Notes under the pieces: model-generated
Told to the model about the DNA's origin: nothing
The model's database searches: none
The model's input: the letters and a program-made list of their open reading frames with translations, nothing else
Shown here: positions 8,260 to 17,985 of the stretch, in pieces
Numbering within the stretch: position 1 is the stretch's first letter
Layout of the letters: each line of letters opens with the position of its first letter
Made by a program: the position numbers and the translations under genes
Assembly: GCA_964464605.1 (NCBI GenBank)
Contig: CAYXJN010000006.1
Span: forward strand, 62,001 to 126,000
From: an uncultured Ignavibacteriales bacterium
GTDB taxonomy: Bacteria > Zixibacteria > MSB-5A5 > GN15 > FEB-12
Direction: 5' to 3'
Length of the DNA: 64,000 bases

Positions 8260-9288
8260 TTGACCCTCGAAAGACCGGCAAACATCGATGCTGCCCTCCG
8301 TACTCTCATGCTCGGGCTATTGGCATTGCTGTTTTCCCTCTTTTTTTCCGTTTCTCTTTCCGCACAAACTGATTCCGTACAAGACACACTTACTGCGACC
8401 GTGCAGTCGATAGTCGATTCTACAATGGCGGCCGACTCTGCTGTGGCGGCAACACAGGCCGCGCCGGAAACGACAATGACCGGCTCGCAGGCTGAGGCCG
8501 AGCGAGTTAAATCCTCCTGGTTCGATACTAAACGATTGAATGTGTTCATCTGGATTGTGCTGTTATCCGCCGTGATTATTTTCTACATCAATCACGCGAA
8601 ATCAGGAAAACCGATTTACATCCGTAAAATGGCGGGGCTGGAAGCTATCGACGAAGCGGTCGGCCGCGCGACAGAAATGGGAAGAAAAATTTATTTCGTT
8701 CCCGGTATTCAGGATATGAATGATGTGCAGACAATCGCCGCGATTGCTATTCTGGGACGGGTCTCATCGCTGGCCGCCGAGTACGAAACCTGGCTTGAAG
8801 TGCCGAACTCCAAGTCGCTCGTGATGATTACCGCGACAGAAACGATGAAAGAAGCATATTCCCGCGCCGGTCGGCCCGACTCATTTCAGGAATCACAAGT
8901 TTACTTTATTACCGATGAACAGTTCGCGTATGCGGCCGCGCTTGACGGGATGATCGTGCGTGAACGGCCGGCCACCATATTGTATATGGGGGCGTTTTAT
9001 GCCGAATCACTGATTCTTTCCGAAGTCGGTAACTCCACCGGAGCGATTCAGATTGCGGGAACAGCGGAAGCAACGCAGTTACCGTTCTTTGTCGCCGCCT
9101 GCGACTATGTGCTTTTGGGTGAAGAATTATTTGCTGCCTCTGCGTATCTGTCCAAAGAGCCGCGCCAGCTTGGTTCATTAAAAGGACAGGATATGGGGAA
9201 AGCATTTTTTATTGTCGCGATGGTTATCGGTGTCATCGGGGTAACCTTCGGCTTGTTTGACATCAGCGACTGGTTTAAGGCGAATTAA
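8260..9288 (+). CDS. Cassette 1 subunit A: DUF6754-like membrane protein
   Basis: TTG start with AGAGG RBS. Signal peptide, Thr/Ala/Ser linker, TM, motifs AGLEAIDEAVGRATEMG and QLPFFVAACDYVLLGEELFAASAYL, C-terminal TM. Paralog of 11550 and 15175. DUF assignment from memory. Confidence 0.75.
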   Translation: MTLERPANIDAALRTLMLGLLALLFSLFFSVSLSAQTDSVQDTLTATVQSIVDSTMAADSAVAATQAAPETTMTGSQAEAERVKSSWFDTKRLNVFIWIVLLSAVIIFYINHAKSGKPIYIRKMAGLEAIDEAVGRATEMGRKIYFVPGIQDMNDVQTIAAIAILGRVSSLAAEYETWLEVPNSKSLVMITATETMKEAYSRAGRPDSFQESQVYFITDEQFAYAAALDGMIVRERPATILYMGAFYAESLILSEVGNSTGAIQIAGTAEATQLPFFVAACDYVLLGEELFAASAYLSKEPRQLGSLKGQDMGKAFFIVAMVIGVIGVTFGLFDISDWFKAN

Positions 9289-9293
9289 GGAAT

Positions 9294-9968
9294 ATGAGAA
9301 GAGAAATACCGATATTAATTACGACCATTGCCGGGCTGGTGTTTGCGCTTTCGTATTTCATTCCGAAGCCGCCGTTCAGCAATGCGGAAACGATTTTTGG
9401 CGACTGGGTGTCGATTGTGCAGTCATTTGCCGTCTGGCTTGGCGTGTTGAATCTGTTTGTCGTATTGGGCGACCGGATTACCCGCCGCAAAGACCACTGG
9501 CAGTATGACATCATTATCCTCGGTTGTTTGGTGGCGACCTTAGTGGTCGGATTCTGGAGCGGATTCGCCGGAATGAATGCCGAACCGGCCTATTCCTTCC
9601 GTGATCCGGGAACCGCCTTCGACTGGATTTTTACCAATATTTTTACGCCGCTTGGTGCGACGATGTTTGCCATTCTTGCCTTTTATGTCGCATCGGCATC
9701 ATACCGCGCGTTCCGCGCTCGTAACACCGAAGCGACATTATTATTGATAGCATCAATGTTCGTTATGGGTGGCCGTGTGCCGCTTTTCGATACGATTTTC
9801 AGCCCGCTTTTAGGCTATCCATTCTTCAGTCAATTCGCAGGATGGATTATGCAGTATCCTGTTACCGGTGGTCAGCGCGCGATTGCTATCGGTATCGCGC
9901 TCGGTATTGTTTCCAGTTCACTCCGTGTGATTCTCGGTATTGAACGTTCCCACGTGGGAGGGAAATAA
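9294..9968 (+). CDS. Cassette 1 subunit B: uncharacterised polytopic membrane protein
   Basis: About 6 hydrophobic helices; MRREIP, LAFYVASASYRAFRA, QRAIAIGIALG...LRVILGIER. Paralog of 12777 and 16447. Confidence 0.75.
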   Translation: MRREIPILITTIAGLVFALSYFIPKPPFSNAETIFGDWVSIVQSFAVWLGVLNLFVVLGDRITRRKDHWQYDIIILGCLVATLVVGFWSGFAGMNAEPAYSFRDPGTAFDWIFTNIFTPLGATMFAILAFYVASASYRAFRARNTEATLLLIASMFVMGGRVPLFDTIFSPLLGYPFFSQFAGWIMQYPVTGGQRAIAIGIALGIVSSSLRVILGIERSHVGGK

Positions 9969-10873
9969 TGCTGTCGACGATTATGTTGGTAGTCATGGGG
10001 TTGGTTGGATTGTCGCTTATCTATGTCCTCTACCGCACGATTAACGGTCGCCCGGTCGAGCGGCGTATTGTGTTTGCTTACATCGGTGTCGCCGTTATCG
10101 GATCGTTCTTTGTCAAAATGCCCGCGCCGCTTCCGGAAACGCGGGAAGTCAGCCGGTTATATGAAACACTGAAAGGTGTGCCGGATGGCTCGAAGATTTT
10201 AATGTCATTTGATTATGACCCGCAGTCCGCGCCGGAATTACAGCCAATGGCGATTGCCTTTATTCGCTACGCGCTGAAACATGATTTCAAAATTATCATC
10301 ATGGGACTTTGGCCAGCCGGACCACAGCAGGCATATCAGGCCATAGAAGTAGCGAAAACAGATCCCGAAATCGCGGCGATGAATTTGGAATATGGGGTTG
10401 ATTATGTAAACCTCGGCTTCCAGTCCGGAAATGAATTCGTTATTCAGGCGATCGGGTCGAGTTTCAAGCAGATGTTCCCGCAGGATGACCGCCGTACCCC
10501 GTACGATCAGATTCCGATTTTACAAGGGGTAACCAATTTGCGCGATGTCGCGCTGGTGATGAACCTGAGTTCCGGTAAACCGGGTACCCGTGAATGGGTG
10601 CAAATCGGTGTCGACCGGTTTAATGTCAAGCTAATTGCCGGCAACACGGCAGTGCAGGCGCCGGAAATGTATCCGTTTTTGCGCGCAGGGCAGTTGCAGG
10701 GTTTGATGGGTGGTATGACCGGTGCGGCTGAATTTGAAAAGACAGTCAATCAGGCAGGTAAAGCGACAACGTTTGTATTGTCGCAGATGTTCGCCCACGC
10801 GACCGTGATTGCTTTTATCATTATCGGTAACGTCGCGTATTTTGTATCGAGAAGACGGGAGAAGAAAAAATGA
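9968..10873 (+). CDS. Cassette 1 subunit C: membrane-anchored protein with a large probable periplasmic domain
   Basis: N-terminal TMs, SFDYDP..PELQPM, GVDYVNLG, YPF..GQLQGLMGG..GAAEFE, C-terminal TM plus basic tail. TAATG coupling to subunit B. Paralog of 13444 and 17110. Confidence 0.75.
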   Translation: MLSTIMLVVMGLVGLSLIYVLYRTINGRPVERRIVFAYIGVAVIGSFFVKMPAPLPETREVSRLYETLKGVPDGSKILMSFDYDPQSAPELQPMAIAFIRYALKHDFKIIIMGLWPAGPQQAYQAIEVAKTDPEIAAMNLEYGVDYVNLGFQSGNEFVIQAIGSSFKQMFPQDDRRTPYDQIPILQGVTNLRDVALVMNLSSGKPGTREWVQIGVDRFNVKLIAGNTAVQAPEMYPFLRAGQLQGLMGGMTGAAEFEKTVNQAGKATTFVLSQMFAHATVIAFIIIGNVAYFVSRRREKKK

Positions 10874-11520
10874 GCGGCGACTTCGGCGTTTGGGTAGCGG
10901 CGCTTTTGACGGTTGGGATTCTCTCTTTCTTGTATAAGGATAATCCGTTCTATAAGATATGTGAGTCGATCTTTGTCGGCGTTTCAGCCGGCTATTGGGC
11001 GATTATCTATTTCTTCGACAGCCTGCAAAAGAAGATGTGGGAAGGAATTTTCCCGACAACCGGCGCTGCCGCGGACTACTGGCTTATCGGCGGCGCGATT
11101 TTGGGCATCATGATGTTGTTTAGACTATCCTCAAAAGCCGGATGGATAGCCCGTTGGCCGCTTTCGTTTATTGTCGGAGCGACCGCCGGTTTATATATGC
11201 TCCTCTTTTTCGTCTCCAACGCGCTTAATCAGGTTGCATCAACGATTGTACCGTTGATTGTTCACAATACTGAAGGTGCGATCGACTGGGTAGCTTCTAT
11301 CGGAACGACTATTATCGCCATCGCGACCATTTGTGGGTTGATTTATTTCTTCTTCTCGAAAGAACATAAAGGCTGGTTCGGACGCACCGCCCGGTTTGGT
11401 ACCTGGTTTTTGATGATTACCTTCGGAGCGGCGTTCGGCTATACGGTGATGAGCCGTATGTCGTTGTTGATCGGCCGTATGGATTTCTTATTCAGCGTCT
11501 GGCTCGGATTAACCCGATAA
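10870..11520 (+). CDS. Cassette 1 subunit D: uncharacterised polytopic membrane protein
   Basis: SFLYKDNPFY, RWPL, YFFFSKEHKG, FGAAFGYTVMSR. ATGA overlap with subunit C. Paralog of 14358 and 17986. Confidence 0.75.
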   Translation: MSGDFGVWVAALLTVGILSFLYKDNPFYKICESIFVGVSAGYWAIIYFFDSLQKKMWEGIFPTTGAAADYWLIGGAILGIMMLFRLSSKAGWIARWPLSFIVGATAGLYMLLFFVSNALNQVASTIVPLIVHNTEGAIDWVASIGTTIIAIATICGLIYFFFSKEHKGWFGRTARFGTWFLMITFGAAFGYTVMSRMSLLIGRMDFLFSVWLGLTR

Positions 11521-11549
11521 TGCGTTGTATCCGACCATAGGTAGCAGTT

Positions 11550-12773
11550 ATGCGGACACGTTGTTATACTGCCACCGCTGTTTTTGCTCTTCTGTCATAT
11601 TCTCTTTGTTTTTCCCAATCATCTGAACCGGTAACTGATAGCGTGCAAGCACCAATGCAGATTGTAGTAGCTGCACCGACATCTGTGTTGGCTGAAGATA
11701 TGAATTACGATGTCGGCAACCGGATACGCTTGACCTGGGTTCCTTCCATCGATGACCAACCGATGGATAGCCGGGTGACCGGATACAAAATTTACCGATA
11801 CGCGAATGGAAGCGATTCGGCGGTAACGGCGAATGTTCCGGCCGGCGTAGCAACCTATGTGGATGAAGGGCTCAATCGGGAATCATCATATACATATGTA
11901 GTCGCAACGCTTTCAAGCAATGCGGAGTTTCCCTCAATTCGTACGCAGGCAATTACGCCGGAACGGGAATGGATTAATTTTGATCGTACGTCGTTATTTA
12001 TTATCGCATTGATTTTAGGCGGTGCGATTATCTATTTCATCGAAAGCGCCCGAAAAGGGAAGAAGCTGTTCGTTCGTAAAATCGCCGGACTTGAGGCAAT
12101 CGATGATGCTATCGGCCGCGCTACCGAAATGGGGCGTCCGATTCTGTTCGTTCCCGGTATTCAGGATATGAATGAAGTAGAAACGGTCGCGGGGTTGACC
12201 ATTCTCGGCCGTGTTGCGCGAGTTGTGGCCGATTACGACACCAAAATTTTCGTACCGACCTCACGATCGCTCGTTATGACTGCCGCGCGGGAAACGATTA
12301 AGTCGGCGTATCAAACCGCAGGCAGGGCAGATGCATACAGTGATGAAATGTCCTCCTATATCACCGATGAACAATTCGGTTATGTGGCGGCAGTGAATGG
12401 ACGGATGATGCGTGAAAAGCCTGCCACCTGCTTTTATATGGGTGTGTTTTTTGCCGAATCATTGATGCTTGCCGAAACCGGACATTCAGTCGGCGCGATT
12501 CAGATTGCCGGAACCGCCAGACCGATTCAGATACCTTTTTTTGTCGCGGCTTGTGACTTCACGCTTATCGGTGAAGAATTGTTTGCGGCCTCGGCGTATC
12601 TGTCTGGCGAACCGAAGCAGCTTGGATCACTCAAAGGGCAGGATGTCGGCAAGGCGGTCGCGCTGGTCATTATCACCGTCGGCACGATTGCCGTCACTGC
12701 GACCACGCTGTGGGATGTCCCTTGGTTGAAAACGTTTCTTCACAATCTAACGTCTGTTTTTTCCTCACGGTAA
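11550..12773 (+). CDS. Cassette 2 subunit A: DUF6754-like membrane protein with an N-terminal fibronectin-III-like domain
   Basis: Signal peptide; APTSV..IRLTW..GYKIYR..YVDEGL..YTYVV (FN3 pattern); then the same core as 8260. Confidence 0.78.
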   Translation: MRTRCYTATAVFALLSYSLCFSQSSEPVTDSVQAPMQIVVAAPTSVLAEDMNYDVGNRIRLTWVPSIDDQPMDSRVTGYKIYRYANGSDSAVTANVPAGVATYVDEGLNRESSYTYVVATLSSNAEFPSIRTQAITPEREWINFDRTSLFIIALILGGAIIYFIESARKGKKLFVRKIAGLEAIDDAIGRATEMGRPILFVPGIQDMNEVETVAGLTILGRVARVVADYDTKIFVPTSRSLVMTAARETIKSAYQTAGRADAYSDEMSSYITDEQFGYVAAVNGRMMREKPATCFYMGVFFAESLMLAETGHSVGAIQIAGTARPIQIPFFVAACDFTLIGEELFAASAYLSGEPKQLGSLKGQDVGKAVALVIITVGTIAVTATTLWDVPWLKTFLHNLTSVFSSR

Positions 12774-12776
12774 ACC

Positions 12777-13451
12777 ATGCGAAGACAAATCCCGCTTCTT
12801 ATTACCTCTTGTATCGGAATTTTTTTGATTCTCGCGGTGTTTATTCCGCCATGGGAAGGGGCGGGGGAAACCTCGACGGTATTCTTCGACATTATTGCTG
12901 TTTTCGCTTTCTTTTTAGGCGGCGGCAATCTTGTGCGTATTCATGGTGCAAAATTGTTTGAGCGCAAAGAGGGATGGCTATTTTCGGTTGTTACGTTAGC
13001 CGGATTTGCTGTCATGTTATTCGCCGGCCTGTTTAAAATCGGCAGCACTGGAATAGCCGCGCCGGTCGATGAGGCTGGTTCTCTTTTCGCCATGATGTAT
13101 ACCTCTGTTTTTTCGCCGTTAGGTGCGACGATGTATTCACTATTGGCTTTCTTTGTTGCGTCGGCCTCGTATCGCGCCTTTCGTGCAAAAAATCGCGAAG
13201 CGACCATTCTATTGTTAGCTGCGGTAATTATTCTTTTAGGTCGCACACCTTTCGGAACGGTACTAACTGCATGGATACCGGAAAGTTTTTCGATATTTGA
13301 ACTGCCGAATTTGGCCGTCTGGATTATGAAATCGCCGAACCTTGCCGGACAACGAGCAATCTTAGTTGGTATCGGTCTCGGTGTGATTGCAATGTCGTTA
13401 CGCATTATTCTCGGCATCGAGCGTGGGTATTTGGGGGATGACCGTGGATAA
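12777..13451 (+). CDS. Cassette 2 subunit B: polytopic membrane protein
   Basis: MRRQIP, LAFFVASASYRAFRA, QRAILVGIGLG..LRIILGIER. Confidence 0.75.
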   Translation: MRRQIPLLITSCIGIFLILAVFIPPWEGAGETSTVFFDIIAVFAFFLGGGNLVRIHGAKLFERKEGWLFSVVTLAGFAVMLFAGLFKIGSTGIAAPVDEAGSLFAMMYTSVFSPLGATMYSLLAFFVASASYRAFRAKNREATILLLAAVIILLGRTPFGTVLTAWIPESFSIFELPNLAVWIMKSPNLAGQRAILVGIGLGVIAMSLRIILGIERGYLGDDRG

Positions 13452-14361
13452 CATCGGCATCATTCTCTCCGTTGTCGGCATTGTTGCCGGACTCAGTTTT
13501 CTGGCATATCGCTCTTTCAAAGGAAAAGAGGTCGACCGCCGAGTTATTTTCCTGTTTATCTTCTGCGCCGTTGCTTTGCCGGTGTTGTTTAAGAAAACGG
13601 TTCCGGAAATGGCGAGCGATATCGTGAAGAATGTCTACGACAAAGTTGAATCACTTCCGCCCGGCTCCAAGATTTTGATTTCATTTGATTATGATCCGGC
13701 TATGGCGCCTGAGGTGCAGCCGATGGCGGATATGTTCGTTCGTCATGCCTTCACCAAGGGACACAAAGTTGTGTTCATGTCGCTCTGGGCGACGGGACAA
13801 TCATTGTTGCATCCGACTATCGAGCGGATAGTCACCGGCGAGTTTCCGAATATGAAATACGGCGTCGACTATGTAACCCTCGGTTACAAAGCGGGGAATG
13901 AGGGTGTGCTCAATGTTATCGTGAGCAATATGCGCAAAATGTTTCCTACCGATATTAACGGTACAACGCTTGATGCTTTACCGCTAATGACAGGTATCAA
14001 ATCCTGCGCCGACTTCGATTGCGTGTTAACGGTCGGTGGTGGTAATCCCGGCACCAAAGAATGGGTGCTGTTCGTCGGTGATGTTGCCCATGTGCCTATT
14101 GCTACCGGTGTCGCGGCGGTCGTTGCGCCTGCCATGTATCCGTATTATCCGCAACAGCTGGTCGGTATTTTGGGCGGAGTGAAGGGAGCATCGGAGTACG
14201 AATCACAGTTCAAACAGCAATATCGCCCGGAAGCCGATATGCCGACTCCGGCGATGAAAACGATGTGGCCGCAAACGTGGGCGCATATGGTCATTATCGC
14301 CTTTATCATTATTGGTAATATTTCTTACTTTGCCAGCCGGAAAAAAGGGAACCAGTCGTGA
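13444..14361 (+). CDS. Cassette 2 subunit C: membrane-anchored periplasmic-domain protein
   Basis: Likely GTG start at 13444 after GGGGGA (alternative ATG 13438). SFDYDP..PEVQPM, GVDYVTLG, QLVGILGG..GASEYE, AH..IIAFIIIGN. Confidence 0.72.
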   Translation: MDNIGIILSVVGIVAGLSFLAYRSFKGKEVDRRVIFLFIFCAVALPVLFKKTVPEMASDIVKNVYDKVESLPPGSKILISFDYDPAMAPEVQPMADMFVRHAFTKGHKVVFMSLWATGQSLLHPTIERIVTGEFPNMKYGVDYVTLGYKAGNEGVLNVIVSNMRKMFPTDINGTTLDALPLMTGIKSCADFDCVLTVGGGNPGTKEWVLFVGDVAHVPIATGVAAVVAPAMYPYYPQQLVGILGGVKGASEYESQFKQQYRPEADMPTPAMKTMWPQTWAHMVIIAFIIIGNISYFASRKKGNQS

Positions 14362-15170
14362 GCCGGTCATTACTTTTTACCAGCATCGGTATCGGTGTGC
14401 TGTTCATTGTCAGCATGTTCGCAAGTGCGAGTTCCGCTTTGGAAGGAACATCGCCGATAGTGCAGGGCTTTCTGGTTACGCTTGCTGCATTTTTGACGCT
14501 CTGTATTTTCTCGTTCCTCTATAAAGACAATCCGTTCTACAAGTTTGCCGAACATCTGTTTGTCGGTGTGTCGGCTGCATATTGGATGTGTCAGGGATTC
14601 TGGTCGACCATTGTCGGTAATCTGATTCCGCGCGTTTCTGAAAGTCTTTCCTCATTTTTTCAGGTGCCGTATCAGGGGGGAGATGTTGAAAGCTATGCGT
14701 ACTTCATTCCGATTATCCTCGGCATTCTTCTGTTAATGCGACTGACCAACAAGCATGGCTGGCTCGGTCGCTGGCCGTTGGCATTTGTAGTCGGGACAAC
14801 TGCCGGGTTGAATTTTGTTCGTTATCTTCGTTCTGATTTTATCGAGCAGATCTCTGCAACATTCGTGCCGCTCGTGGTCAGTTGGAACGGGTACGGTGAT
14901 TTTTTCTCGAATCTCTCACTCAATGCCGGCGGACAGTTTGCGATGATGCTGACCAACTGGGTTATTTTCGCCGGGGTCTTTTGCGGAATCATTTATTTCT
15001 TCTTCTCGAAGGAACACACCGGCTGGTTTGGCCGCGCCTCGCAGTTCGGGATATGGATAATGATGCTGACCTTCGGTGCATCGTTCGGTTATACGGTTAT
15101 GGGGCGAATATCGCTCTTGGTCGGCCGGATAACTTTTTTGTTTCGCGATTGGCTCGGATTGATTAACTAA
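14358..15170 (+). CDS. Cassette 2 subunit D: polytopic membrane protein
   Basis: SFLYKDNPFY, RWPL, YFFFSKEHTG, FGASFGYTVMGR; GTGA overlap with subunit C. Confidence 0.75.
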   Translation: MSRSLLFTSIGIGVLFIVSMFASASSALEGTSPIVQGFLVTLAAFLTLCIFSFLYKDNPFYKFAEHLFVGVSAAYWMCQGFWSTIVGNLIPRVSESLSSFFQVPYQGGDVESYAYFIPIILGILLLMRLTNKHGWLGRWPLAFVVGTTAGLNFVRYLRSDFIEQISATFVPLVVSWNGYGDFFSNLSLNAGGQFAMMLTNWVIFAGVFCGIIYFFFSKEHTGWFGRASQFGIWIMMLTFGASFGYTVMGRISLLVGRITFLFRDWLGLIN

Positions 15171-15174
15171 GGGA

Positions 15175-16434
15175 ATGCGAATGACCCGTCAATTCAGATT
15201 TGCAGCAGTTTTGTTCAGTTTTTTCATTAGTGCTGCGTTGGTCTTTGCGCAGGATTCCCCCGATACAACTGCTATCATTGCTGATACTACTGTTGTTACT
15301 CCGCAATCTACGGTCGCCACTCCGCAGCCGGTGACAAGCGTAGCGGTGAATGACAGTCCAGATGATGAAGGACATTCCATAACCATTACTTGGACTAAAT
15401 CAGCAGATGATGGCTCGGGTGCCGCGAGCGTTCTTATGTATGAAGTGTTTCGCTCAGACTCGCCAAATGGACCGTTTGAAAAAGTGGGCGCGTCTCCTTC
15501 AGGTGAGCAGCGTTTCGTTAATTCATCGGGACGTGACTCCAGCAATGCACTGTATGTAGCCAATGAACGCGCATATTATTATCGGGTAGATGCTGTCACG
15601 GCACAAACTGATATCCGTTCTGAATCGCAAATAGTCGGCCCAGCCGAAGCTTCCGGACAATGGTTTAATGTGGGAAGAGCGACGGTGTTTACCTCTGTTC
15701 TAATTTTTACGTTGTTTACGCTGATCTTTATAGCAAAAGCAAAAAAGGGACATGAGTTGTATGTGCGGCCATTGGCAGGAATCGAAGCCGTCGATGAAGC
15801 TATCGGTCGTGCCACCGAAATGGGGAAGCCGATTTTATATGTCATGGGATTGGGGACAGCACAGGATATCGCAACGATTGCGTCATTTACTATTCTTTCC
15901 CGTGTCGCCAAAAAAGTTGCTGAATACCAGACTGATTTGATTGTTCCTTGCTATGACCCAATTGTGTTTACGGTTGCGCAAGAAATTGTGCAGTCTTCTT
16001 TCTTGGATGCTGGTCGTCCGGACGCCTATAGATCGGATATGGTGTATTTTGTCACACAGGCGCAGTTTGCCTATGTCGCCGCGGTTAACGGCACGATGGT
16101 ACGCGTGAAACCGGCGACGAATTTGTATCTTGGTAAGTTCTATGCCGAGTCACTCATGCTTGCTGAAACCGGTTCGGTAACCGGCTCGATTCAGATTTCC
16201 GGAACGGATGAAGTCGCGCAGATACCATTTTTCGTAGTTGCCTGCGATTATACGCTGATCGGTGAAGAATTGTATGCCGCCTCCGCTTATCTTGGACGTG
16301 AACCGGTATTGCTCGGCTCGCTAAAAGGACAAGATTGGGCGAAAGGGCTGCTTATTCTTTGTGCAATTGCCGGGATCATCGCTGCCGAACTGCAGTTCGG
16401 TTGGTTTGTTGACCTGTTTAGGGTATTGAATTAA
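15175..16434 (+). CDS. Cassette 3 subunit A: DUF6754-like membrane protein with an FN3-like domain
   Basis: Signal peptide; ITITWTKS..YEVFRS..YYYRVDAV (FN3 pattern); AGIEAVDEAIGRATEMG; QIPFFVVACDYTLIGEELYAASAYL. Confidence 0.78.
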   Translation: MRMTRQFRFAAVLFSFFISAALVFAQDSPDTTAIIADTTVVTPQSTVATPQPVTSVAVNDSPDDEGHSITITWTKSADDGSGAASVLMYEVFRSDSPNGPFEKVGASPSGEQRFVNSSGRDSSNALYVANERAYYYRVDAVTAQTDIRSESQIVGPAEASGQWFNVGRATVFTSVLIFTLFTLIFIAKAKKGHELYVRPLAGIEAVDEAIGRATEMGKPILYVMGLGTAQDIATIASFTILSRVAKKVAEYQTDLIVPCYDPIVFTVAQEIVQSSFLDAGRPDAYRSDMVYFVTQAQFAYVAAVNGTMVRVKPATNLYLGKFYAESLMLAETGSVTGSIQISGTDEVAQIPFFVVACDYTLIGEELYAASAYLGREPVLLGSLKGQDWAKGLLILCAIAGIIAAELQFGWFVDLFRVLN

Positions 16435-16446
16435 GGTAATGATAGC

Positions 16447-17106
16447 ATGAGAAGGCAAATACCGCTCGCACTAGTAACGTTCTTCGGAGTCTTGATGGCT
16501 CTGCAGTACTTTGTTCCACATACCGCCTCGCAATTGCTGAACGAGCGTTTGCTCGATTGGGTGGTGATTATCGGTATTTTTGCATTGGCTGTTGGTATTG
16601 GTTCGCTCATCAGCGTTTCAATCGATAAGATAAAATTGAAGCAGCCGAACTGGCAGTATTCATATATCACGCTTGCCGGTCTGGCGGCAATGATAGTTGC
16701 AGGATTTATCGGTCAGAAAGATGGTGAATGGGGCGTGTACTTCATGTCACCGGAAGGGCTACAAAACCCGGTGTTCGACGGTATTTTCCGTTATGTCATT
16801 ACGCCGATTCAATCGTCTACGTTTGCACTTTTGGCTTTCTTTATCGCTTCTGCTGCATATCGCGCATTTCGCGCACGTAATGTACTGGCGACGCTGCTGT
16901 TGATTTCGGCATTGCTTGTGATGCTTCGTTTTAATCCGTTTTTGGGGCCGCTTACCGGCTTTATGGATCAAGCCGCGAACTGGCTTTTGAACGTTCCGAA
17001 TCTGGCGGCTAAGCGGGCGATCATTATCGGTATCGGTCTTGGTATGGTAGCGACATCGCTGAAAGTCGTGCTCGGTATAGAACGCGGCTTTATGGGGAAG
17101 AGTTAA
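16447..17106 (+). CDS. Cassette 3 subunit B: polytopic membrane protein
   Basis: MRRQIP, LAFFIASAAYRAFRA, KRAIIIGIGLG..LKVVLGIER. Confidence 0.75.
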   Translation: MRRQIPLALVTFFGVLMALQYFVPHTASQLLNERLLDWVVIIGIFALAVGIGSLISVSIDKIKLKQPNWQYSYITLAGLAAMIVAGFIGQKDGEWGVYFMSPEGLQNPVFDGIFRYVITPIQSSTFALLAFFIASAAYRAFRARNVLATLLLISALLVMLRFNPFLGPLTGFMDQAANWLLNVPNLAAKRAIIIGIGLGMVATSLKVVLGIERGFMGKS

Positions 17107-17109
17107 GCT

Positions 17110-17973
17110 ATGAATATCTTTGAACGGATGATGTCACTTGACCGGCGCTGGATTTTTCTTTTTGTCGCGGTGGTATGTATAGCGACCTACTATGCGAAAT
17201 TTGCAGTCCCGCTTTTCGTATCACCGGAAGTAAAAAGTATCTACGATAAGGTAGAGTCGTTACGAGAAGGGGATCTGATGCTCCTTTCGATCGACTATGA
17301 TCCGAACGCGCTGGCAGAATTACATCCGATGACCTATGCGATTTTGGAACAGGCGTTTCGCAGAGGTGCCCGAGTTATAACGCTCACGCTCTCACAGAAT
17401 GGCGCCGGTATGGCGGAGCAGGCAGTGAAAGATGTCGTCGATTCGGTCAAAGTAGCGAAGATATATAACGGTGTTGAATATCCCGGCAGAGAATTAGTCA
17501 AGGGAATTGATTATACCTTCTTAGGATATAAACCGTATCCGGCATTGGTAATTTTAGGTATGGGGCAGAATTTTAGAATTCAGTATCCGACCGACTATTA
17601 CGGTACCCCATTAGATTCTATTCCGATCATGCGTGGCGTTGCTAACTATGATCAACTGAGAACTGTCATTAGTATCACCGGCTCAAACGTTGCTGATTAT
17701 TGGATTTCTTACGGTCAAGGGCGGTACAATTTCCCGCTGGCACTGGGATTGACCGGCGTAAGTGCATCTGATTTTTATCCGTTCTTGAACTCTGGTCAGT
17801 TGTATGGACTCATGGGCGGGTTGCTCGGTGCTGCGCAGTACGAACAGCTTGCCGATAATCCGGGACCGGCAAAAGATGGTATGCGTATACAGGTGTTCGC
17901 GCACCTGGTAATAATCGGATTTATCGTGCTCGGCAATATTGGATTTTTCCTGTCGAGACGGCGGAACCAATAA
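17110..17973 (+). CDS. Cassette 3 subunit C: membrane-anchored periplasmic-domain protein
   Basis: DRRWIF TM, SIDYDP..ELHPM, GIDYTFLG, YPF..GQLYGLMGG..GAAQYE, AH..IIGFIVLGN, basic tail. Confidence 0.75.
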   Translation: MNIFERMMSLDRRWIFLFVAVVCIATYYAKFAVPLFVSPEVKSIYDKVESLREGDLMLLSIDYDPNALAELHPMTYAILEQAFRRGARVITLTLSQNGAGMAEQAVKDVVDSVKVAKIYNGVEYPGRELVKGIDYTFLGYKPYPALVILGMGQNFRIQYPTDYYGTPLDSIPIMRGVANYDQLRTVISITGSNVADYWISYGQGRYNFPLALGLTGVSASDFYPFLNSGQLYGLMGGLLGAAQYEQLADNPGPAKDGMRIQVFAHLVIIGFIVLGNIGFFLSRRRNQ

Positions 17974-17985
17974 GGAAGCAGGCAG

